A stretch of 63,428 nucleotides of DNA, filler included. It is 5 parts of 5 records of this genome, joined end to end, with 100 filler letters (N's around TTAATTAATTAA, not from the genome) between each part and the next. Parts side by side here need not be neighbours in the genome. Positions count along the whole stretch, not along the records: positions 1 to 12,479 come from DRR723986_4932; 4 more parts are not named here. The stretch is one strand, 5' to 3'. Positions 1 to 12,579 of this stretch are shown here, piece by piece. A program made the translations under genes and the position numbers. How positions within the stretch are numbered: position 1 is the stretch's first letter; every line of letters begins with the position of its first letter. The notes beneath the pieces were generated by a model. It did no database searches and was not told where the DNA came from. It was given only the letters and a program-made list of their open reading frames with translations.

Positions 1-1
1 T

Positions 2-1324
2 CATATCATCGGCGGCGGCATGGCCGGATCAGAGGCCGCCTGGCAGGCAGCCAACGCAGGCGTTCCCGTGGTTTTGCACGAAATGCGGCCCAAAGTGGGT
101 ACATTTGCGCATCAAACCGGGCTTTTGGGGGAAATGGTCTGTTCCAATTCCTTCCGTTCCGACGACAGCGAGCAAAACGCCGTCGGGCTGTTGCATTGGG
201 AAATGCGCGCCGCAAATGGGTTGATCATGGCCAGCGCGGACAAGCACAAACTGCCCGCAGGTGGCGCATTGGCCGTGGACCGTGATCCCTTTGCCCAATC
301 GGTGACAGATGCGCTTTTGGCGCATCCCAATGTCACCGTCGAATATGGCGAGATCACCGAGCTGCCGACAGAAGGACAGTGGATCATTGCCACCGGGCCG
401 CTGACCTCAGGGGCATTGGCAGAGGCGATTGCAACTGAAACAGGTGCCGAGGCTTTGGCGTTTTTTGATGCCATCGCGCCGATTGTCTATGCCGAGAGCA
501 TCGACATGGACAAGGCGTGGATGCAGTCACGTTATGACAAGGGCGAGACTGAGGAAGAGCGCACAGCCTACCTCAATTGCCCGATGGACAAAGACCAGTA
601 CGAGGCGTTCATTGATGCGCTTTTGGCGGCCGACAAGACCGAGTTTCGCGAAGGTGAAACCGCGGGATATTTTGATGGATGTCTGCCCATTGAAGTGATG
701 GCTGAGCGTGGGCGCGAGACCCTGCGCTTTGGCCCGATGAAACCTGTTGGCCTGACCAACCCCCATCAGCCGCATGTCAAAGCCTATGCGGTTGTGCAGC
801 TGCGCCGCGACAACAAACTGGGCACGCTTTACAATATCGTCGGTTTTCAGACCAAGATGAAGTATGGGGCGCAAACCGATGTTTTCAAAATGATTCCCGG
901 ATTGCAGGATGCCAGTTTTGCCCGTTTGGGCGGCATTCACCGCAATTCGTTTATCAATTCCCCAACCCTTCTGGATGATCAGATGCGGCTGCGCACGCGT
1001 CCCAATATCCGCTTTGCCGGTCAGATCACAGGTGTGGAAGGTTACGTTGAAAGCGCCGCGATGGGCCTGCTGGCCGGGCGCCTGGCCAGCGCCGAGATCC
1101 TCGGAAAACCTGCAAGCGCACCGCCTGACACCACGGCCACGGGTGCCTTGATCACCCACATTACGGGCGGCGCCGAGGCCAAGACGTTTCAGCCGATGAA
1201 TGTGAATTTTGGACTGTTCCCGCCGGTTGAAGGGCTGAAATCCGGGCGCCGGGGGCGCAAGGACAGATACAAGGCCTATACCGACCGCGCCAAGGTTGAC
1301 TGGCAAGACTGGCTGGCCGGTTAA
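2..1324 (+). CDS. trmFO: tRNA (uracil-54) methyltransferase TrmFO/Gid, 5'-truncated
   Basis: The frame is open from the window edge ([16 protein letters not shown]-binding motif). It contains [23 protein letters not shown] and FQPMNVNFG. Confidence 0.95.
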   Translation, partial: HIIGGGMAGSEAAWQAANAGVPVVLHEMRPKVGTFAHQTGLLGEMVCSNSFRSDDSEQNAVGLLHWEMRAANGLIMASADKHKLPAGGALAVDRDPFAQSVTDALLAHPNVTVEYGEITELPTEGQWIIATGPLTSGALAEAIATETGAEALAFFDAIAPIVYAESIDMDKAWMQSRYDKGETEEERTAYLNCPMDKDQYEAFIDALLAADKTEFREGETAGYFDGCLPIEVMAERGRETLRFGPMKPVGLTNPHQPHVKAYAVVQLRRDNKLGTLYNIVGFQTKMKYGAQTDVFKMIPGLQDASFARLGGIHRNSFINSPTLLDDQMRLRTRPNIRFAGQITGVEGYVESAAMGLLAGRLASAEILGKPASAPPDTTATGALITHITGGAEAKTFQPMNVNFGLFPPVEGLKSGRRGRKDRYKAYTDRAKVDWQDWLAG

Positions 1325-1326
1325 CG

Positions 1327-1355
1327 TTGACCCGCTGGCACAGGCCACCTACCCT
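1327..1355 (+). promoter_or_regulatory. Putative sigma70-type promoter (TTGACC-17-TACCCT)
   Basis: -35/-10-like hexamers end 6 nt before the ATG at 1362, with no SD sequence. Confidence 0.4.
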
Positions 1356-1361
1356 TGTGGC

Positions 1362-1976
1362 ATGAGTGAAAGTTTTCTGGACAAGGCCTATGGCGCGCGG
1401 GATGCCGCAGAAACCCGCAAATTGTATGACGATTGGGCGGCCAGCTATGAGGCCGAATTGGGCGAGAACGGCTATGCCACGCCAGGCCGATGCGCGGCGG
1501 CTTTGGCCAAATATAACCCCGACACGTCTCGTCCGGTTCTGGACTTTGGCTGTGGCACCGGCCTGTCCGGTCTGGCCCTGCGGCTGGCGGGATTTGAGAC
1601 CATCGATGGCGTTGATGTGTCCGCCGATATGTTGGCACAGGCGAAAGCCAAAACAGTTTACCGGAGCCTGAACCAGATCGAGCCCGGCGGCGATCTGGGC
1701 CATAAGCCGGGTGATTACGCTGCCGTTGCGGCGATCGGAGTGATTGGCGCTGGCGCCGCGCCGATCTCGGTGTTTGACAGCCTGATGCATGGATTGGCAA
1801 AAGGGGGCTTGTTCGTGTTTTCCTTCAATGACCATGCGCTGGAAGATCCGCAATATGAAGCACGTGTGATGGAGTGGACGGATTGCGGCGCAGCGCGGCT
1901 TTTGTTTGCCGAACACGGCGATCATATTCCTGGCATCGGCCTGAAGGCCAAGGTCTATGTACTTGAAAAGAATTGA
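1362..1976 (+). CDS. Class I SAM-dependent methyltransferase
   Basis: VLDFGCGTG motif I, GVDVSADML, and an N-terminal YDDWAASYE. The ATG at 1362 is preferred over the longer ORF start at 1296. Confidence 0.88.
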   Translation: MSESFLDKAYGARDAAETRKLYDDWAASYEAELGENGYATPGRCAAALAKYNPDTSRPVLDFGCGTGLSGLALRLAGFETIDGVDVSADMLAQAKAKTVYRSLNQIEPGGDLGHKPGDYAAVAAIGVIGAGAAPISVFDSLMHGLAKGGLFVFSFNDHALEDPQYEARVMEWTDCGAARLLFAEHGDHIPGIGLKAKVYVLEKN

Positions 1977-2842
1977 TGTTCCGAACCAGATTTGCCCCAT
2001 CGCCGACCGGACCGCTTCATCTGGGACATGCCTTTTCTGCGCTTCTTGCGCATGACATGGCGGCGCAGCAGCAAGGCGAATTCCTGTTGCGGATCGAAGA
2101 TATTGATCAATCCCGCGCCCGGCCCGAATGGGAGGAACAGATCTATGATGATCTGGCTTGGCTGGGTCTCACCTGGCCGGACCCCATAATGAGGCAATCG
2201 GAGCGTTTGCAAATTTACAAAAACACTTTGCAAACCCTATGGGATCGCAAATTGATCTATGCCTGCAGATGCAGCCGCAAGGACATTGCCGCCGCCGCCA
2301 GCGCCCCGCAGGAAGGCGCTGATCCTTTGATCGGGCCAGATGGTGTGGTCTATCCCGGCACGTGCCGCCCCACTGCGATCAAGAACCGCCCAGACGCCCC
2401 ACCAACGGACGCGGCACTGCGCCTTGATATGGCTCGTGCAGTGGCAAGCCATGAGACATTTTGCTTTCAGGAGACCGGCCAAGGGCCGCAAGGCGAACAT
2501 GGGCGGATGACTTTCACCCCAGATCAGATGATTCACGAGATCGGCGATATCGTCCTGGCGCGCCGCGACATGGGCACCTCCTATCACCTTTCCGTCGTGC
2601 TTGATGATGCAGCGCAAAAGATCACCGATGTTGTGCGCGGTCAGGATCTTTTCGAGGCCACCAAGATCCATATCGTGCTGCAAAGCCTGCTGAACTTACC
2701 GCACCCAAGCTATCACCATCATGATCTGATCCGCGACGAGCACGGCAAGCGGCTGGCCAAACGGGATGACGCGCGGGCGATTTCGCTTTATCGTGCCGAA
2801 GGGCGTTCAGCAAAAGAAATTCGCGATATGGTAATACCTTAG
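1976..2842 (+). CDS. gluQ: Glutamyl-Q tRNA(Asp) synthetase
   Basis: RFAPSPTG-LHLGH, LRIEDID, CxC...YPGTC, VVRGQDL and RLAKR, with no anticodon-binding domain (~289 aa). Confidence 0.92.
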   Translation: MFRTRFAPSPTGPLHLGHAFSALLAHDMAAQQQGEFLLRIEDIDQSRARPEWEEQIYDDLAWLGLTWPDPIMRQSERLQIYKNTLQTLWDRKLIYACRCSRKDIAAAASAPQEGADPLIGPDGVVYPGTCRPTAIKNRPDAPPTDAALRLDMARAVASHETFCFQETGQGPQGEHGRMTFTPDQMIHEIGDIVLARRDMGTSYHLSVVLDDAAQKITDVVRGQDLFEATKIHIVLQSLLNLPHPSYHHHDLIRDEHGKRLAKRDDARAISLYRAEGRSAKEIRDMVIP

Positions 2843-2865
2843 AGGGCGATCTTCATGTAGGCAAC

Positions 2866-3228
2866 TCAGGCCTGCATAGGCTTTGACAGCTCAACTTCCG
2901 CCCCATCCCGCACTGCGGTATAGAAGCAGCTCCGCCGTCCGGTGTGACAGGCCGGGCCGGTCTGATGCACCAGAACCAAAATACAATCGCGGTCGCAATC
3001 ATACCGCAGATCGACCAGCTCCTGATGGTGACCACTGGTCGCGCCCTTGACCCAGTATTCCTGCCGCGAACGGCTCCAATACGTGACGTTACCACTGTCC
3101 AGAGTGCGCTGAATGCTTTGGGCGTTCATCCATGCCAGCATCAAAACCTCAAGGCTGTCTGCATCTTGCGCGATAACCGGCAGCAACCCAGCATCGTTGA
3201 ATTTCAAAGTCGTGGGATCAAAGGTCAT
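2866..3228 (-). CDS. hisI: Phosphoribosyl-AMP cyclohydrolase
   Basis: YWSRSRQ, KGATSG, DCDRD and GPACHTGRRSCF. Confidence 0.95.
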   Translation of the reverse strand: MTFDPTTLKFNDAGLLPVIAQDADSLEVLMLAWMNAQSIQRTLDSGNVTYWSRSRQEYWVKGATSGHHQELVDLRYDCDRDCILVLVHQTGPACHTGRRSCFYTAVRDGAEVELSKPMQA

Positions 3229-3302
3229 TTGCGGCCTCTTCAAAAGTTTTGCATCTTTGTCTCAAGAGCTTATGTAGGCAATAAGCGACAAAGGAAACAG
3301 CC

Positions 3303-3764
3303 ATGTCCGGCGAGACCGATCTGATCAAACTATACTCCGCACGCATTCTGGCGCTGGCCGCAGAGATCCCGCATCTGGGCCGGTTGGAGGATGCCGATGC
3401 GACGGTCAAACGCCGCTCCCCTTTGTGCGGATCGACCGTGACGGTGGATGTTGCGGTCAAGGACGGGGTGCTTGCGGCATTGGGCCAGGATGTGAAGGCC
3501 TGTGCCTTGGGTCAGGCGGCGGCAGCCGTGACGGGTGCAGCGGCGCCCGGTCAGACGCTCGACGTGATCGAAAAGGGCCGTGACCAGCTTCATGCGATGC
3601 TCAAAGGCTCTGGCAAGGTGCCGGATGCGCCTTTTGACGGGTTTGAGGTGCTCACCCCTGCCGTGGATTACAAAAATCGCCATGCCTCGATCATGCTGGC
3701 GATCGAAGCCATTGCCCAAGCCATGCGGGAAACCGTTGCTTCTGAAAAAATTAGCAAATTGTAA
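3303..3764 (+). CDS. IscU/NifU N-terminal-like Fe-S scaffold family protein
   Basis: SPLCGS and KACALGQA motifs, with AAGGA SD. The third Cys position reads RHAS. Confidence 0.8.
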   Translation: MSGETDLIKLYSARILALAAEIPHLGRLEDADATVKRRSPLCGSTVTVDVAVKDGVLAALGQDVKACALGQAAAAVTGAAAPGQTLDVIEKGRDQLHAMLKGSGKVPDAPFDGFEVLTPAVDYKNRHASIMLAIEAIAQAMRETVASEKISKL

Positions 3765-3809
3765 GTCAATTCCTGCGAAGCCTTGCCTGATGGAAGATCA
3801 GGAGGGCAT

Positions 3810-5204
3810 ATGACCGCGCAAATCCCCATTGATGCCACCGGGCGGATGGACAAGCTGGCCAAGGCTGCGGCGGCGCTTGGCTTTGAGATTGTCGATATCG
3901 CGGGATTTCTGGATCTTGCGGACAATCATGCCAAACATCAGCGGTCGGCCCTTGATGCCCTGGGCGCCAGCGCCAAAGAAGTGACCAATGTGAATGACGA
4001 AATGGGCGCTTTGGTGGATGCGCTGACGGTCACATCTGATCAGGCATTGAGCGATGTCAAAACGTCGGTTGCCTTGGTGCGCGATGTTGGCGATCGCACG
4101 CGCAATGTGGCCGGCTGGGTCAAATCGGTGCGGGATCGCACCGGATCTGTGGGCGACACATTGAACGCGGTCAAGGCCAACAACAGCGAAATTGCCGTGA
4201 TCGCCGCGCAGGTCAACACATTGGCAATCAACGCAAAAATCGAGGCCGCACGCGCCGGTGACGCCGGGCGCGGCTTTGCCGTGGTGGCCGATGCGATCAA
4301 CGATCTGTCCCAAAAAACCAGCGTCGCCGCCACCCAGATTTCCCAGAACATCGAAAACCTGACCAGCTGGATTTCCGATCTGGGCCGGGAGGCAAAAAAC
4401 GCCGCTGACAATGCCACGGACGTCCTGGGCAAATCCGAAGAAACCGACACCGCGCTCAGCCGGATGGAAGCCACAATCGAAAGCGAACATGCCCAGACCC
4501 AGAAGATCTCATCGCGTACGCAGCGGGTGAAAGATGCGATGCAACGTTTGACCCCTGCCGTCCGCGAGATTGACAGCACCGTGCGCGAGGCGACCACCGG
4601 CATCGCAAAAACAAACACCAGAATGCTGAATGTCATCGAAACATCGGAACAAATTGTACAGCATTCCGCGGCGCTTGGAGGGGCTTCTATTGATGCGCCC
4701 TTCATCACTTTTGTCCAACAAACCGCCCGCGACGTCTCATCGGCGTTTGATCAGGCCCTGAGGGAAGGTAAAATCCGACCAGAACATTTGTTCGACCGGA
4801 GCTATCGCCCCGTTCCAAACACAAACCCACAACAGGTTCTGACACAGGCAACAGAATTTCTCGATCAGCTGTTGCCTAATTTTCAAGAACCTGCATTTCA
4901 GTTTGATCGGCGTGTCGTGTTCTGTGCGGCGGTGGACACCAATGGATATCTGCCCACGCATAACCTGAAATTCTCCCATCCGCAGGGTGATGATCCGGTT
5001 TGGAACACCGCCAATTCCCGAAATCGCCGGATCTTTGATGATCGCGTTGGGCTTAAGGCCGGACGCAATACCGAGAATTTTCTGTTGCAGGTGTATCGCC
5101 GTGACATGGGCGGTGGTGAATTTAAACTTATGAAAGATCTCTCTGCGCCAATCTACGCTGGCGGCCGCCACTGGGGCGGGTTGCGGTTGGCTTATGGCTA
5201 CTGA
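3810..5204 (+). CDS. Soluble methyl-accepting chemotaxis protein
   Basis: MCP hairpin tip IAAQVNTLAINAKIEAARAGDAGRGFAVVA, no TM segment, a C-terminal globular domain (NGYLPTHN...GRHWGG), and GGAGG SD. Confidence 0.88.
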   Translation: MTAQIPIDATGRMDKLAKAAAALGFEIVDIAGFLDLADNHAKHQRSALDALGASAKEVTNVNDEMGALVDALTVTSDQALSDVKTSVALVRDVGDRTRNVAGWVKSVRDRTGSVGDTLNAVKANNSEIAVIAAQVNTLAINAKIEAARAGDAGRGFAVVADAINDLSQKTSVAATQISQNIENLTSWISDLGREAKNAADNATDVLGKSEETDTALSRMEATIESEHAQTQKISSRTQRVKDAMQRLTPAVREIDSTVREATTGIAKTNTRMLNVIETSEQIVQHSAALGGASIDAPFITFVQQTARDVSSAFDQALREGKIRPEHLFDRSYRPVPNTNPQQVLTQATEFLDQLLPNFQEPAFQFDRRVVFCAAVDTNGYLPTHNLKFSHPQGDDPVWNTANSRNRRIFDDRVGLKAGRNTENFLLQVYRRDMGGGEFKLMKDLSAPIYAGGRHWGGLRLAYGY

Positions 5205-5230
5205 GGCCGCCTAAAGCACTAACATTGAAC

Positions 5231-5268
5231 AAAAAAAACGCCGCGCATCCCGGCAGGGGATGGCGGCG
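5231..5268 (-). terminator. Intrinsic terminator
   Basis: On the minus strand, the stem-loop CGCCGC-CATCCC-ctgcc-GGGATG-C-GCGGCG is followed by T8. Confidence 0.8.
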
Positions 5269-5402
5269 CAAGGAAAGCGTTTCTCATGTGGGACCCGCTG
5301 TACTGTTTGGAAAACCAAATCCAACAAGACAGGCAGTGACCGTTGGTGCATCAAATTGGGACGGATGCGACAGCAACAGCGGCAAGAGACCGCAGGCAGA
5401 AA

Positions 5403-5531
5403 TCAAACAAAAGCAGGCAGATGCAGGCCAACCACAAACATGACAATCAAAGCTGCAGCACCGATGGAATCCTGCAACAAGGTTGCATGGGAACGTGATG
5501 CGATGGTTTTGAGTGTCTTGAGCGTAATCAT
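5403..5531 (-). CDS. 42-aa small membrane protein (not in the ORF track)
   Basis: Manual translation gives MITLKTLKTIASRSHATLLQDSIGAAALIVMFVVGLHLPAFV*. AGGAGG lies 5 nt before the ATG, and there is one C-terminal hydrophobic helix. Confidence 0.78.
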   Translation of the reverse strand: MITLKTLKTIASRSHATLLQDSIGAAALIVMFVVGLHLPAFV

Positions 5532-5585
5532 GTGAACCTCCTGTTCCGTTGCCTCTTTGTTCTCATTTTCTTAACGGCCTGTAAA

Positions 5586-5620
5586 GAACTTTATGAGAAC
5601 ATTTGCGAACAAAGTGGAAC
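5586..5620 (-). promoter_or_regulatory. Alphaproteobacterial LexA (SOS) box plus two extra GAAC units
   Basis: GAAC-tttatga-GAAC (5586-5600) is an exact GTTC-N7-GTTC on the minus strand. It is followed by GAAC at 5607 and 5617 with N6 spacing. Confidence 0.75.
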
Positions 5621-5628
5621 GCAGAAGG

Positions 5629-9869
<4,241 letters not shown>

Positions 9870-9925
9870 TTAGATAGGTGGCAGGGCACAGCAGGTCTAG
9901 CAGTTTCCGCCATGGTCTTGGCTGG

Positions 9926-10633
9926 TTATCCGGTGGCCGCAATATCCATCGTTGCCGGCTCCGGGTCGCGCAAGACATAGCCGCGCCCCCAAACCGTTTC
10001 GATGTAATTCTCACCGCCCGTGGCCAAGCTCAGCTTTTTGCGCAGTTTACAGATGAACACATCAATAATCTTCAGCTCTGGCTCATCCATGCCGCCGTAG
10101 AGATGGTTGAGAAACATCTCCTTGGTCAGGGTGGTCCCTTTGCGCAGGGACAACAGTTCGAGCATTTGATATTCTTTACCGGTCAGATGCACCGTGGCGT
10201 CATCCACGCTCACCGTTTTGGCATCCAGATTGACGGCAATCTGCCCGGTTTTGATCACCGATTGGGAATGCCCCTTGGACCGGCGAATAATCGCATGGAT
10301 ACGGGCGACGAGTTCTTCGCGGTGGAAAGGTTTTGTCAGATAATCGTCCGCCCCAAATCCGAAACCTTTGATCTTGCTTTCAGTGTCGTCCGACCCGGAG
10401 AGAATCAGAATGGGTGTCTCAATCCGGCTGAGCCGCAGCTGGCGCAGCACCTCATGGCCGTTCATATCCGGCAAATCGAGATCCAGCAGGATCAGATCAT
10501 AATCATACAGCTTGGCCAGATCGATGCCTTCCTCCCCCAGATCTGTCGCATAGACATTGAGGTTTGCATGGGTCAGCATCAATTCGATGCTTCGCGAGGT
10601 CGTGGGATCATCTTCGACAAGCAGTACGCGCAT
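9926..10633 (-). CDS. ctrA: Cell-cycle master response regulator CtrA
   Basis: MRVLLVEDD...[14 protein letters not shown]...[23 protein letters not shown], in sciP-ctrA-ligA-recG synteny. Confidence 0.96.
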   Translation of the reverse strand: MRVLLVEDDPTTSRSIELMLTHANLNVYATDLGEEGIDLAKLYDYDLILLDLDLPDMNGHEVLRQLRLSRIETPILILSGSDDTESKIKGFGFGADDYLTKPFHREELVARIHAIIRRSKGHSQSVIKTGQIAVNLDAKTVSVDDATVHLTGKEYQMLELLSLRKGTTLTKEMFLNHLYGGMDEPELKIIDVFICKLRKKLSLATGGENYIETVWGRGYVLRDPEPATMDIAATG

Positions 10634-10687
10634 TTGGTTCCTCCGCATGGTCATCATGACATTGGACCGGATCGTGAACAAAAAAGG

Positions 10688-10726
10688 TTAACCACCCGTT
10701 ACCCATGTGAATAACAATACGTTAAC
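10688..10726. promoter_or_regulatory. Two near-consensus CtrA boxes upstream of ctrA
   Basis: TTAA-ccacccg-TTAC (10688-10702) and ATAA-caatacg-TTAAC (10711-10726) versus the TTAA-N7-TTAA consensus. Confidence 0.65.
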
Positions 10727-10729
10727 AAC

Positions 10730-11008
10730 TTAAAGTTGTCTATATTTTTGTAAGGTGGTTGCCTTGAGCGCCGCTTCGCCATGGTCTGTAACCGCACGCA
10801 CCCATTCAACAAATTCTTCTTCACTGATCTGATATCGGTTCAGCGCTTCGGCCTGGGTGATCAGGCCGTAAACAACCCCGCGCACAACCGCAGCCTTGCG
10901 CGACGCCACCCAACGCCGGGTGTGCGCCGGCGGAAGGTCTGCCTGACTCATCACCGTGCCATCCGCAAGGGTCACGGATCTGGGCCCATCCACTTTCTTC
11001 AGAAACAT
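10730..11008 (-). CDS. sciP: CtrA inhibitor SciP (DUF1153)
   Basis: DLPPAHTRRWVASRKAAVV...RYQISEEEF, 92 aa, directly upstream of ctrA. Confidence 0.92.
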   Translation of the reverse strand: MFLKKVDGPRSVTLADGTVMSQADLPPAHTRRWVASRKAAVVRGVVYGLITQAEALNRYQISEEEFVEWVRAVTDHGEAALKATTLQKYRQL

Positions 11009-11052
11009 CAGCCACTCCAAATTGCCGCGGCTCAGGGATGCACCCGCCCCCC

Positions 11053-11067
11053 TTAACGGCAGGTGAA
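11053..11067. promoter_or_regulatory. Near-consensus CtrA box upstream of sciP
   Basis: TTAA-cggcagg-TGAA (one mismatch), about 45 nt upstream of the sciP ATG. Confidence 0.55.
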
Positions 11068-11131
11068 GCCCCCCCTTGTGAGTGCATAGGATTTTCCTAT
11101 ATTCCCCCCTAACACCTCCCGGAGACATCTC

Positions 11132-12274
11132 ATGGCCCTTGATCAGACCCCGCCGCTCAATTCGTTGGGCTTTGCCAAAGCGCCCGCCGACACGCGGGTG
11201 GTTGTTGCCATGTCAGGCGGCGTTGACAGCTCTGTCGTGGCGGCGATGCTGGCCGAAGAAGGCTATGATGTGGTTGGCGTGACCCTGCAGCTTTATGACC
11301 ACGGGGCAGCACTGGCCAAAAAGGGGGCCTGTTGCGCCGGGATCGACATTCACGACGCCCGCCGCGTTGCCGAAGACATGGGCTTTCCACACTACGTGCT
11401 GGACTATGAAAACATCTTTCAGGATGCCGTGATCGACGAATTTGCCGACAGCTACCTTGCTGGAGCGACGCCCGTGCCCTGCATCCGCTGCAACGAGCGG
11501 GTCAAGTTCAAAGACCTGCTGGAAACCGCCAAAGACCTCGAAGCCGACTGCATGGCCACCGGCCACTACATCCAGCGCAAGATGGGCCCGGACGGGCCGG
11601 AGCTGCACAGCGCTGCTGATGCCAGCCGCGATCAAAGCTATTTCCTGTTCTCAACCACCCCAGAACAGCTCGATTTCCTGCGCTTTCCGCTGGGCCACCT
11701 GCCGTCCAAGGACGACACCCGCGCCCTGGCCGCCAAATACGGGCTCAGCGTGGCGATGAAACCGGACAGTCAGGACATCTGCTTTGTCCCCAATGGCGAT
11801 TATGCATCGGTGATCCGCAAACTGCGGCCCGAAGCGGCCGATCCGGGCAATATCGTGGACCAGAACGGCAAGGTGCTGGCCCAGCACGAAGGCGTGATCC
11901 ACTACACGATCGGCCAACGCCGCGGTCTTGGCATCGGCGGTCTGGCCGATCCGCTCTACGTGGTCAAGCTGGACGCAGAGCGCAAGGAAGTGGTGGTCGG
12001 CCCTAAATCCATGCTGGCCACCCGCCGGGTCCCGGTGCGCGAGATCAACTGGCTCGGCGATGCACCGCTGACCTCACAAGAGGAATGGCCCATCGCGGTC
12101 AAGGTTCGCTCAACCCGCCCGCCGCGCGATGCGATCCTGCGCCCGATCTCGGACACCACAGCCGAGGTGGAACTGCTCAGCGCCGAAGAGGGCATCTCCC
12201 CCGGTCAGGCCTGCGTCTTTTACGACCCAAACAGCAGCCGCATCTTCGGCGGCGGCTGGATCCACAAAGGCTAG
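11132..12274 (+). CDS. mnmA: tRNA 2-thiouridylase MnmA
   Basis: [40 protein letters not shown] and PGQACV. Confidence 0.96.
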   Translation: MALDQTPPLNSLGFAKAPADTRVVVAMSGGVDSSVVAAMLAEEGYDVVGVTLQLYDHGAALAKKGACCAGIDIHDARRVAEDMGFPHYVLDYENIFQDAVIDEFADSYLAGATPVPCIRCNERVKFKDLLETAKDLEADCMATGHYIQRKMGPDGPELHSAADASRDQSYFLFSTTPEQLDFLRFPLGHLPSKDDTRALAAKYGLSVAMKPDSQDICFVPNGDYASVIRKLRPEAADPGNIVDQNGKVLAQHEGVIHYTIGQRRGLGIGGLADPLYVVKLDAERKEVVVGPKSMLATRRVPVREINWLGDAPLTSQEEWPIAVKVRSTRPPRDAILRPISDTTAEVELLSAEEGISPGQACVFYDPNSSRIFGGGWIHKG

Positions 12275-12284
12275 CACAAGCCAA

Positions 12285-12377
12285 GCTGCCCCCCTTTTTG
12301 GCCCCAAATATTCCAGGGGGTTTGGGGGACAGCGTCCCCCATCAGTAAAATTGGATAGAATCGCGCCGCAAGGCGCG
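12285..12377. repeat. Small intergenic REP/MITE-like palindromic element
   Basis: A GCTGCCCC..TTGGCC..AAATA.TCC head similar to 63398-63428, then hairpins TGGGGGAC-agc-GTCCCCCA and CGCGCC-gcaa-GGCGCG, between convergent genes. Confidence 0.5.
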
Positions 12378-12394
12378 GCCGTTGGGATCGGGCC

Positions 12395-12478
12395 CTAAGA
12401 AAGCAGGTCCAAAACAGCCTGCGCCGCGCGCAGGCCCGGCGCTGCGCCGCCCTGCCCCAAACGCTGCATCGTCAGCGC
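12395..12478 (-). CDS. lpxB: Probable lipid-A-disaccharide synthase, C-terminal fragment
   Basis: Manual translation ALTMQRLGQGGAAPGLRAAQAVLDLLS* resembles the LpxB C-terminus. Only 27 residues are visible before the contig end. Confidence 0.6.
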   Translation of the reverse strand, partial: ALTMQRLGQGGAAPGLRAAQAVLDLLS

Positions 12479-12479
12479 C

Positions 12480-12579
12480 NNNNNNNNNNNNNNNNNNNNN
12501 NNNNNNNNNNNNNNNNNNNNNNNTTAATTAATTAANNNNNNNNNNNNNNNNNNNNNNNNNNNNNNNNNNNNNNNNNNNN
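12480..12579. other. Artificial contig spacer
   Basis: 44 N + TTAATTAATTAA (stops in all six frames) + 44 N. Confidence 0.99.

Noticed and set aside
5225-5535. Plus-strand ORFs 5225-5443 and 5260-5535
   Set aside because: They have no SD or motif and run across a terminator. The minus-strand 42-aa ORF has an SD, operator and terminator.
12480-12579. TTAATTAATTAA as a CtrA site, repeat or biological junction (also at 19697, 49205 and 56333)
   Set aside because: It is an identical N-flanked six-frame-stop linker. Apparent cross-phylum gene mixing is concatenation, not horizontal transfer.
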